A stretch of 64,000 bases of DNA, from the NCBI RefSeq assembly GCF_009914755.1, contig NC_060937.1; one strand, given 5' to 3'. A program made the position numbers and the translations under genes. This DNA comes from the human T2T-CHM13v2.0 reference genome, Homo sapiens. The notes below the pieces were generated by a model. It was not told the DNA's origin and ran no database searches. It worked only from the letters and a program-made list of their open reading frames with translations. Of the stretch, positions 27,001 to 38,429 are shown piece after piece (the stretch's first letter is position 1; every line of letters starts with the position of its first letter).

Positions 27001-30000
27001 TGATAAAAGTTTTCCTATGTCTAAATCTTTCATACATTTGTTACATTTTCAGTTTTGTTTATACATATTTTTTTCCTTAATAAATATTTTAGAGGTCTTT
27101 AGTCTATCCACCAATCTAGTGTCTAATTCACCTTTAAAGTAATCATACAACTTACTAATCTTTACTGAGTTGCAGTTTGTTTCTTATTTGCAAAAAGAAT
27201 AAAGCAGCTTGGCATATTCTCTTCTGACTTTGTGCATATTTTATTCTGTGATGTAATAGTAATGGAAAACAGAAAAGTGTGGAGGCTAAGATCCTTTTAT
27301 ATTCATATAAAATTTTGCATATATTTGCATTTAAATATGCAAAAAATTTACTTCCCTACATTCTATTATATAGAAGTAGTCCTTATGGTTTTGTAAACAA
27401 AAACTGGTCTATAATTATTTTTTCTTTGTTGTTTTAGCACCAATATTGCAAGAGTTGTTTGGAAGTTAAAAAGGGAGATGCATTATTTGTACTTCTTAAT
27501 GTATAATGTGAAGTTGAAGTGGAATTATCATTGAGTTTATTACTCTTGTTTCAATAATGTTAAAACAAGTTATCTGTGAATTTGCATTACAGGATGACTG
27601 ACTCAGCCCACTACACTCTCAAGTTAGAAATAGATGCCCCTTTAACTTTCAAATTTGTTTTCAAATTTTATCCCAGTCTATATGACAACTCTATCAATTT
27701 TCTCTTTCCTCCTGACTTTGAGTGTTTTATATTTATAATAAATATTTGAAAAATAAATGCCTCTATGTCAGTTGGAATCGTCAAGCCATCCATTGTTTTA
27801 CACAAGATAAATGCAAGAGGAATGATTTTGGAGGTATATTTGTTTCATTATTTCTGTTCCTTTTATTGATAAATATTCCAAATATCCAAATTTTCTGTCT
27901 CTTTTGGTGACCTAGCTTAGGTGTTCAAATTTGAGCTGTTGAGTATCGGAGGTTAAAATTGTATCTATGAGAGACACAGAAGCCATTACTGCATGACATC
28001 AAGCATAGTTTGATAGGGGTTGTATATTTTATCAATATACAATTTATCCCAGTATTACCCACAAGTATTTTGTCACTTTGTCATTTTATCTAAGGATCCC
28101 TTGTTGGACATATATGAAGCTGCTGTCTTTCCAAGGAGAAAGCATGCATAATGCCCACAGGTAGAGTAAGGCCCTGGCTGAAACTAGTTTGGAAGTACCG
28201 TGTTATAATTTTAACAGTTGATGAACAGAATTTTGCAATAAAAGGAAGAATATTTCAAAAATCATCATGAGTCCTCAGAACTAGACAACCAGATGCCCAC
28301 TTGATAACAACACACTAGGTCTCCACAGAAGACTAGTCATTTAACTGCAAGCTCCATAGTTCCATACCACTATTCACATCCTATTCATGAATAACAAAGG
28401 TTTGTGCAGATCAGTCAAGAGACAGGTGTTTATTGGGCCCTGGTGCTGGAAGCATTTCTCTTTCTTGGTGTGTGGTTTCTAATATTTTTTTCTGTTTCCT
28501 TCCAGCTGCCCCCCAGCACCCACCTGTATAGTGGTTATTATATTAATAATATAGTCAGGGATGGACAATTCCTTCATAGCCAAATCTTCCTTAGGAAGAC
28601 ATTGTGTAAACAGGGGATAACAACAACAAACACAAACCAACAGTAACAATAGCTTGGCCCTAAGGCTTATTGTAACTTTTCTCTTATTTAGGTATCTTTT
28701 ATGAATTTTTCTACTGGGGGGTGTGGCACTGGGGAGTGAACTTAGAATTTTAAGAGTCTGTGAGTTTGACAAAAAGATTAACTAAAACTCTTATTTAAGC
28801 TTACCTCTATCATGGAAAAAAATATTGTGCACAATTTATACTAAGAAAATACAGAGTGATTTTGAAATCAACCACTAATACCACCATCACTAGTTTCCTT
28901 ACAATCACTCCTTTTTTTCACATCAAGTGCCCTACTGATATATTTTCCTTTAAAATCCAGCCCGGCAGATAGATGCTATCTCAGTAGCTTACTGTTTGAA
29001 AATGAGATTGAGGAATTGTGATTCAGCCACGTCAATGAGACACATGAGACTTGTTTTTGCCATTGCTGCTAGATAGCAAAATAATTGAGGAAATGCATGT
29101 AAATTACACTGAGAAATTTATTTTCTGGAGTATTATTTTTACCATATAAAATAGTTGACCTAATAGTGAGGTTTCATATTATTAAATTCCATGGAATCTA
29201 AGTGGTGGTATTATATAACTTTGAGTTTGTTAGGACATTATAGCAATGTAAGATTCAAATCAGGAATAACTCATCAACTGACTTTTCTAATGGAATGTGA
29301 AGTCTTGAGGTGAGGTTGATTAACATTCTGTTGTGTCCCATTTAAGATTCTTCAGAGGAAACAGATTCATATAAATTTTAGTGGGCCAAAGTGTTGGTAA
29401 CATAATTCTCAAATTGATTCAAAGGCCAGGATAGATGTTTCTGAAACTCTGTAGTTCTTTATTTCTGAGAGGTATAATAGCCCTCAGAGAGAGCAGTTAA
29501 CTCCTATTAATTATTAACAGCTTATAATTATTAATGAGAGAAAACAAACTGACTTGGCCTTTAGGGACAATTCTAGGTTGACCTCAAGTACTCATTTCTA
29601 TTGATTTCATATAGAAATATATAGACAAATAAGGTGGCCAAATAGTAAGGGTATTTCTTAGGCCATAATATAGGCACAGCTTCTTTTTATTCCTCATTAG
29701 AGTTTGGTGTCTGAGGAATTTCTTTCTTTCTTGTCCTGCTGCTTGCAGGAGAACAGCCTGGAGTTACCTTCACCCAGCAGTTGCCCCACCCAGAGGCCTA
29801 TGACTTAGAAAGAATTTCCTTGAATAGGATTTTCTTTACCATTGGAGTAGCGCATTTAAAAAAAAACTAAAGAAATGGGGAAAAATAATGAAAATTAAAT
29901 AATAAGAAAGTCTCCTCTATGCTTATGTCTACCTTGCAGTCTTTGTAAAAGGACGGTAAAAAAAATCTTGGCAACAAAACAGGATTTAGAAATTTGTGAT

Positions 30001-30370
30001 CCAATGTCTGCAGTTGTTCTATCTCTATCCTTCACAAATATGAAAAACAGAAGGTAAATGGCATTTATTCTAGAGAAAAGGAGTGGCAACTTAGAGATGA
30101 AACTCTTCCTTTATTTAGGTAATAAATGATCAGAATGATTCAAACAAGTTTGGATTTTATGTACCTATCTGTTTTCTTCATAAGGTACTACCTCTTAAAA
30201 ATACTATCTTAAGCTATTTATGTGTTGCAAACATTTTGAACATATCATATTTTTCATCCACAGATTATTTAAAACACAAACTCACAAAAACACTAATGCA
30301 TATAATGAGATTTAAAAGTTAAGGCATTTTAATACCTGATAAGATAATAGCAGCTTAACCTGCTACGAGC

Positions 30371-30498
30371 AGGCCTCCAGTATTTGAGAAAGGATTTCTC
30401 CAATATTTGAGAAATACTGGAGTCCTCCAGTATTTGAGAAAACGTCAGTATTTGATGTTATAAGGCCTACAAGAATAGGCCTCCAGTATTTGAGAAAG
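30371..30498. repeat. Local mosaic of direct and inverted copies of ctccagtatttgagaaa
   Basis: Four direct copies, one partial copy and one inverted copy; the outer 22-bp copies are identical. Confidence 0.9.
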
Positions 30499-31924
30499 TC
30501 CATTTCTCTGTCTTCACTGCTTTGTTTACCAAACAAGAAGGCAGCTTTACTAGGGAAACACATGGAAGGGTAAGACAGTAAACAAAGAGTCAGGAATAGA
30601 CTTGATAAACTGCTGGGGTGGCAGACATTGCACCATGTCACAGTTTGAGGTCCATGCATGTGATCATTTTCTTAAATAAATAAATCCAGTTTAAATCAGG
30701 TTGTCACAGGTTTTTACAATTCCCTCCAAGCTCCAATATCAAATAAGGACTAGTGTTTTAGAAATCTGTATGCTTCTCCTCGAATTTTTCTTATTGAGAT
30801 GTAAAAAATATTTTTAAATTAATTACCATTTTAACTATTGTACTTTTGTAATTGACAGAATAATTTCTAATTATTTACATATTTGTAAGAAAGACAAACC
30901 AAAACCAAATGCTTATTCTTTTTCTGAAATATGTGTATGTGTGTATATGCATATATTAAATCATATCGTTTTTTGTGAGTAGGAAGAGTTAACCAGCATA
31001 ATTTTAATGAAGGGTTTTTTGGTTTGTTTATAGGCAGAGACCTTCAAATATTGATTTGTTGTTTGTTTATCATGGGATGCAACAGAGAGGCATAAAAGAG
31101 TAACTGAGGAATAAAATCTCTGCTTCACTCATAATAGCCCTGCTTTTGAGGTTTGTGTCTGACCTTTGTAACTGCCTGAATGTAGCTTTTATGGTTTAAT
31201 CATAATTTGGCAATTCAGAAACATTACTACATATGATATATTTTTTTCTAAGCAATAAAATGCATTCAGAGATGTCAAGTTGGATAGGATATAAAAAGAG
31301 GTTGAGATTTCATTGTTATCTGGTGACAGCATGGTAAATTAAGGAGATAATTACTAAGATACCACTAGATCCAGACACAGGAGATCAACTTGCATATCTT
31401 TCAGTTTCTTTAGTAGGTTTATTATTATCAACGTTTACACCCTTTGTTTTTTTGTAGTATCAATATGATATCTATCTATATCTATAGCTATATCTATTTA
31501 TATGTATTTCTGTATCTCGTGACAAACAAGAGCAGATTTGTTCTTAAAACGGATCTTAAAACGGATCACTAATATGACAAGTTCAAACAGATTCAAGCTA
31601 GTAAGCTACATTAGAAAGATTATTAGTTCTCAGAAATAATTAGCAGAACTCAGGAGGAATACCTTTCTTTTTTGGACATCTTAGCAACAAAGATCAGATA
31701 CAGAGACAGTAAAATTGGTTTTTTTTTTTTTTAAGTTTAATCCAAACTTCAGTGTTTTTCAAATCCCCTGCTCAACATAATTTGTTATTCTTTTATAATG
31801 TAAACATTTGCTTGATATTTACTAATATTACTTCCTTCTCCCTCAAAAGAAGTCCCATAACATGTTGCTTAGTTTCTAAAACTCAGAACTCCTCTGTTGA
31901 ATTAATAATGACATCATCAAAGCA

Positions 31925-32004
31925 AATATTTTTGTAATTTATTACGTGCCAGACATATTCTTAAGTCCTTGCATGGATTACTTCTCTCTCACACACACAC
32001 ACAT

Positions 32005-32037
<33 letters not shown>

Positions 32038-32172
32038 AACACACACACACTCCCCTTGAGAAAATAATTCATATCATATCTACTTTTCAAATAAGAAACA
32101 GAGAAAGATTAGAGTTAGTGAGCAGGTAGACTGAGTTATGATTACAGACCATAGTCTAGCCTGTGCTATTGA
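31925..32172 (-). mobile_element. MIR containing a (CA)n microsatellite (31990-32050)
   Basis: 'ttattacgtgccagacatattcttaagtc', 'ttttcaaataagaaacagag'; interrupted CA run. Confidence 0.6.
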
Positions 32173-32240
32173 CAAAGCCTATGTTACTACATTGGGTTAT
32201 TATACTAAGTTAACATATGTAACATATTGTTATCCTGCAT

Positions 32241-33334
32241 ATTTTTGTAACAGCTTTAAGCTATAATTGATATGCAACACAATTCACCCATTTAAAATGT
32301 AGCACTCAATGCATTATGCAACCACAAACACAATCAATTTTGAAATATCCATCACCCTCCAAAAATAAATACCCCTTTTACCTTTAGCTATTATCTCCTC
32401 AATACCTCCTAAGAAATCACAACTAAATACTTTGTCTCTGTGAATTTTTCTTTTAATGTACTCATATAATATGTGGTCTTTATGACTGTCTTTCATATAG
32501 CCTAATATTTTCATAGTTAAATCATATTGCACTATGTATCAGTACTTCAATCCTTTTTATGGCCAACTAATATTTCAATATATGGATATAACACATTTTG
32601 TTTATCCATTTGTCAGTTGATGTACATTTGGTTTGTTTCCACCATATGGCTTTTATGTACAATGACGTTATAAATATTTGTGTGCAACTTTTTGTATAAA
32701 GATATGTTTTCATTTTACTAGGGAATATATCTAGAAGTGGAATTGCTGAGACATATGGTAACTTTATGTGTGATTGTTTAAGGAACTACCAGACTGTTTT
32801 AGAAAGCAGTTGTAACATTTTACTTCTCCGTCAGCAGCATATGAGTGTTCTCACTCTCTGACTCCACACCTCTCTAACAGTTATTATCTTACTTTTTTTT
32901 TCTTTTTTGAGTCAGGGTCTTGCTCTGTTACCCAGGCTGGAGTGCCATGGTGCAAACACGGCTCACTTCAGCCTCCTCCTGGGCTCCAGAAACCCTCCTG
33001 CCTCAGTTTCTCTTATAGCTAGGACTGCAGGTGTGTGCCACCAAAACCAAATACTTTTTTAAAAAAATTTCTGTAGAGACAGGGCCTCACCATGTTGCCC
33101 AGGCTGGTCTTGAACTCCTGGGCTCAGGAAATCCTTCCATCTTGGGATTGAAGTGCTAGGATTACAGACATGAGCCACTGCACCCTGCCTGGCTTTTTAA
33201 TTCTAGCCATTCTAATGGGTTACCTAATAGTATGATTGCAAATTTGATTTGCCTTTTCCTCCTGACTAATGATGTTGAACATCTTTATGCATGCTTATTA
33301 GCCATCTGTATATCTTCTAATCAGAACTTCTGCC
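32241..33334 (-). mobile_element. L1MB-like 3' end, interrupted by an AluJ
   Basis: 'aacagcttt...aattcacccatttaaaatgt', 'atcagtacttc..ctttttatggcc', 'ctaatgatgttgaacatcttt'. Confidence 0.8.
32893..33189 (-). mobile_element. AluJ
   Basis: T tract, 'cagggtcttgctctgttacccaggctggagtg', 'gttgcccaggctggtcttgaactcctgggctca' (J diagnostics). Confidence 0.9.
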
Positions 33335-33336
33335 TA

Positions 33337-33686
33337 TAGAGGATATTATGCTAGGTGAAATAAGCAAGACATAAAAAGACAAATACTGTCTAACCTCATT
33401 TATATGTGGAATCTAAAAAAAGTCAAACTCATAGAAGTAGAGAGTAGAATGGTAGTTTCAAGGGTCTGGAGGCAAAAGAAAATGGGGAGATGTTGCTCAA
33501 ACGGCACAAACTTTCAGTGAGACAATGAAAAGTTCTAGGAATCCCATGCACAGCATAGGTGGTGATGGATGTGTTAATTGTAATTATTACACAATGTGTA
33601 CTTATACCTAATCATCATGTTGTACACATTGAATATATTTAGTCCTCATTTCTCAATTAAATATTTTAAAATAAATAATTATAAAA
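33337..33686 (+). mobile_element. L1MA-like 3' end fragment inserted in the L1MB
   Basis: 'gtcaaactcatagaagtagagagtagaatggt', 'ggggagatgttg.tcaa'; TSD agaacttctgcc (33323-33334) / agaacttttacc (33689-33700). Confidence 0.8.
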
Positions 33687-33715
33687 CAAGAACTTTTACC
33701 CATTTAGAAAATAAT

Positions 33716-35140
33716 ACACTATTTTTTTAAGAAGAGTTCTAGGTGTACAGAAAAGTTAAGGGGAAGTACAGAGAGCTTATATATGTTTGCTCCACCCCTG
33801 CACATGGTTTCGCCATTAATATCTTGCATCAATGTCATCCATTTCTTACGATTGAGGAACCAGTATTTTTTTTTTAATCTACATTCATGGGTACATGTGC
33901 AGACTTCTATATATATAAATTGTGTGTCACAGGGGTTTGGTGTACAAATTATTTTATTACCCAGGTAATAAACATAGTGCCCAATTGGCAGTTTCAATCC
34001 TCATATTCCTTCCACTCTTCTTTCTCAGGTAGGTCCAGGTGTCTGTTATTCCCTTCTTTGTGTCCATATGTGTTCTGTGTTTAACTTCCACTTATATGTG
34101 AGAACATGTGGTATTTGGTCTTCTGTTCCTGCATTAGTTTGCTTAGGATAATGGCCTCTAGCTCCATTCATGTTGCCGCAAAGGAAATTATCTCATCCAT
34201 TTTTGTGGCTGCATAATATTCCATGGTGTGTATGTACAACATTTTCCTTATCCAGTCTGCCATTGATGGGCATTTAGGTTGATTCCATGTCTTTGCTACT
34301 GTGAATAGTGCTGTGATAAACATACATGTGCCTGTGTCTTTATGGTACAATTGATATTCCTTTGATATATACCCAACAATGAGATTGCTGGGTCAAATGG
34401 CAATTCTGTTTTAAGTTCTTTAAGAAATTGCCAAACTGCTTTCCACAATGTCTGAACTAGTTTACACTCTCACCAACAATGCATAAGCATGAGAAACTGA
34501 TATTCATGCACTCCATGGTTTACATTAGGGCTCACTCCCTGTATTTTACAGTTTTATGCATTTTGAAAGATGCATAACTTCACACATCCAGTATTATAGT
34601 ATCATACAGAAGAGTTTCATTGCCCTAAAAATTTGCTGTGGTCTGTCTTTGCATCCTGCCCTTTCTCCCTCTGAACCCCTGGCCACCACTGACCTTTTTT
34701 CCTTTCCAGAATGTCAGATAGATGGGATAATACAGAATTTAGGCTTTTCAGGCTGATTCCTTTCACTTAGCAATAGGCATTTAAGATTATTCCATATCTT
34801 CTCATGTCTTTATAAATCATCCAATTTCATTTTATGGATTACCACAGTTTGTTTATCCTTTCACCTATTGAGGAACATCTTGATTGTTTTCAATTTTTGG
34901 AAACTGTGAATATGTTGTAAACATTTGTGCATAGGTTTTTGTTTTTGTTTTTGGTTTTTTTTGTGGACATATGATTTCAACTGCAATTGCCGGATTATAC
35001 AGAAACACTATGTTTAGCTTTTAAAAACTACCAAACTGTTGTATACAGTGGTTGCAACTATTTTCATTCCCACCAGCAATGAATGAGAATTCCTGTTACT
35101 TCACATCCTTACTAGCAATTTGGAGTTGCCAGTGCTTTAT
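33716..35140 (-). mobile_element. L1MC1/2-like 3' end, interrupted by an L1PA
   Basis: 'gttctaggtgtacagaaaagtt..ggaagtacagaga', 'gtttacattagggctcactc', 'atcatacagaagagtttcattgccctaaaa'. Confidence 0.78.
33866..34489 (-). mobile_element. L1PA13-like 3' fragment
   Basis: 'ggggtttggtgtacaaattatttt..acccaggtaataa'; ORF 34168-34350 is the ORF2 C-terminus; degenerate TSD tgaggaaccagtatt/tgagaaactgatatt. Confidence 0.85.
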
Positions 35141-35951
35141 TTTTTATTCCTTTTTAAGTTTAAAAAGTAGTTTACTAAACAGCTCACATAACATAGGAAA
35201 AAGTCCAGAAGGTTACACACCAAAATTCTTACAGAGGTTATATATTTTCATGGTAGGATTAAAAAGGTTTTTTTGGTCTGTTTTTCAAATGCTCTCTGGC
35301 CATTTAATTAGTAATTACATCAAAAAGGTCTTGCTTTCATATTTCTAAAGTGAAAATTAACCCTCAGAACATTTGTTAATTCTAATTGAAGTTTTCATGG
35401 TTTTTAACATAAAATTCAAGCAAGCAGAACATTACCAAATAAACACTGGAATTATAAAAGTGCATTTTAGATATTGCTATTTGTTGATGAAATAAATGAT
35501 AATCAGATACTTTCTTTAAAGTTATAAAATACAGAAAACTAAGCATATAGCTTAATATTTTGTTTCTCAGTAATCTTCATATCAAGGCACATTTGTCATT
35601 GTCTGAACTGACTATAATACATCTCATTTATAAAAATATTTGTTGGTTAGCTTTGTTAGTGGAAAGATGAGGAAGTTGGACTTTTGAGAATATACTTGAT
35701 CAGCAAAGTTAAAATGGAGAAGAGTTGATTTGTTTTTTGAGTTTACATAAGATATACTGTAATTCCTAAAGTCAGAGGTGTACTAAGGGCCAAAAATCCA
35801 AACATACTCTAGTTCCATATATGGGCAAAGAAAGACCATCTAGCAATTAGCTAGTCAGGCTTAGCTAAGCCTTTGCAAATTCAGGAGTCCCACAGTAGCT
35901 TTCTGTCTCTGTACATAATGTGGCTCCCTTCTTTTCGATTAGAGCTCTCTG

Positions 35952-36305
35952 TTTTTAAATTTGTATTTTGAAAAAAAATTAAACTTCTATAATACTTGCA
36001 GGAATTATTCAGCGAACTTCCACATACCCTTTATCTAGTTTCACCAGGTGTTAACATTTTGCCACATTCACTTCACCACTCTCTACACAGCCATGGTGTT
36101 TTACTTTTACTCAACAATTTGAGAGTAGGTTGCAAACATCTTGGACCTCTCTTCTAAACATTAGCATGCATGCCCTAAAAAACAGATGTTCTTTTATGTA
36201 GTCCTGATACAGTGATCGAATTCAAGAAGTCAAACTTTGGTACAATGGTATCATATAAATACAGAGTTCACGTTAAATTAGTTTCTAATTATACCAACAA
36301 TGTTT
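35952..36305 (-). mobile_element. L1MC4/5-like 3' end
   Basis: 'gttaacattttgccacatt', 'tttgagagtaggttgca'. Confidence 0.65.
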
Positions 36306-36307
36306 TC

Positions 36308-36519
36308 TTTTTTCTCTTTTCTTTAAAACTTTTATTTTAGGTTCAAGGGTACATGTACAGGTTTGCTATATAGGTAAATTGCATGTTGCAGGGGTATGGT
36401 GTACAAATTATTTCATCACCCAGGTAATAAGCATAGTACTCGATAGGTAGTTTCTCCATCCTCACCCTCCTCCAACCCTCCACCCTCAACTAGACTCCAG
36501 TGTCTGTTGCTTCCTTCTT
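36308..36519 (-). mobile_element. L1PA13-like 3'UTR fragment
   Basis: 'acttttattttaggttcaagggtacatgtacaggtttg..tataggtaaattgc'. Confidence 0.85.
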
Positions 36520-36544
36520 AACATTTGAATGTGCACGTGAGTGT

Positions 36545-37470
36545 GTGTTGTCTCTTTATGACATGTAAGAGTTCTTAAATATTCTTGCTATGAGTCTCAT
36601 CAGATTTATGATTTGCAAATATTTTCTTCTATCTTGTGGGTTTTCTTTTCAGTTTCTTAAGATTGTCCCTTCAGGCACAGAAGTTGTATTTTGGATTAAG
36701 TCCAACGTATGTATTTTTTCATTTATTACTTGTATTTTGATGTCATATCTAAGTAACCACTGCCAGTTTGGTGGTTAGAAATATGTGTGCCAATGTTTTC
36801 TTATTACAAATTTGTACCTTTTCTTCTTATATTTCTATATCTGATCTATTTTGAGTTAATTTTTGTATGTGATATGAAGTATGAGTACAACTTCCTTCTG
36901 TGTGTGTGAATATCCAATGGACTCAGCACCATTGATTGAAAATACTGTTCTTTCCCTGTTGAATGCCTTCGCACTCTTGTCAAAATCAGTTAACCATGTT
37001 TGTTTGTTTTCTCTGGACTCTCAACTCTACTCTATTGATTTGCAAGTCTATCATATGCTGCTGCCATACTACCTGGCTTACTGTTACTTTGTTACAATTT
37101 TTGAAAGCAGAAAGAGTAGTTCCTCCATCTTTGTTCTTTTTCATGATTTTTTAGGTTATTTTGAGTACTTTGAGTTCCTAAATTAAATGTAGAACTGCCA
37201 ATCTTTACAAACAAGCCTGCTGAGATTTTGATAAGAATTCCACTGAATTTGTAGATTAATTTGGGGAATACTGCCATATTAACAGTATTAAGTCTTAAGT
37301 TACATTAACATGGATGCCTTCCATTTATTTAGATCTCTAATTTATTTCAGTGACATTTTTGTAGTTTTCAGAATATAAATTGTACTGCTTTTGTTACATT
37401 TATTCCTAAATATTTTTAATCTGTTGCAAATGAAATTGTTTATTAATGCCATTTTCCATTTGTTCACTCC
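36545..37470 (-). mobile_element. Old L1M ORF2 3' region
   Basis: ORF 37092-37277 (MAVFPKLIYKF..I.IKI) is L1 ORF2-like; 'atttgcaaatattttct'. Confidence 0.75.
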
Positions 37471-38429
37471 TGTCTTGCATATTTTTTCAACTCTATTTTG
37501 AACATTGTTAAGTACTATAGTGAGTTATATTAAAACTAACAAATATCTGAGTCAGATGTAATCTGATATGTTCTGACATTCTAAATATTTCATTAATAGT
37601 TATGAATAAATGATATAAAAGAAAAAATAAATCAATAATATATAAAATATATAAAAGAGAATATGTTCAAGTAGAAATAAAACTCAGTGCTATAAAACTT
37701 CATATTAAGGTATAGTAAGAATTTTGAACAGATTAAAATAATTTATCTCTACTTTGAAGGAGAGACCTTCAAAACTGATTTTAGAGCACTAATAAATTAA
37801 TATATTATATTCCACTCCCAAGATTTGTAATACTAGTTTAAATTTAACTACTTGCTCAATTTTCAATAAAAGATTTTATGTGAAATATTAAGCCTGAAAT
37901 AATAATTTTCCGATATATTTTTATTCATTTTGTAATAGTAAATCCCAGAAATTAGGAGGTAACAAATTAATACATATCATCTTCCTGGAAGCTGTTATAA
38001 TAAACAAAGTAGAGCAAATATCCGTTGAAAAGAAAATATTTTCAAGATTGTTAAGTGAAATTAGCTGATATGCAATTTCTGATTCCTTGTGCACATGTAT
38101 ATACAGAGTTTGTTTATGTACCCTTGTTTTTTTGACAAGAAATAGTTCATGGGCAATAAAATATTATTACAAACTACTTTTTGTTTTACATTTTTTTCTC
38201 TCTTGAAAAATTAATAAATTTGATAAAAGCAACTAGCTTAATGGAAAATTCAGGCTTCACTTTGTAAAAATAAAATATTCCCTGAGAATTTAATACAGAT
38301 AGAAGGTGAATTCCTGACATAGAATCAGTCATAAGATCTCAAATCTCCTACTGCTTTCCTCTGCTACTTTTCTGGGAGGCTGAAAACCTTAAAACATATT
38401 TAAAACACTGCACTGAAAAAACACTTATG

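Noticed and set aside
28095-28160. Possible plus-strand exon (taag|gatccc...cacag|gtagag)
   Set aside because: Weak pyrimidine tract, non-consensus donor and no partner exons.
30371-30498. CRISPR-like repeat/spacer appearance
   Set aside because: Eukaryotic context, irregular 5-35 nt spacing, spacers derived from the repeat itself, no cas genes.
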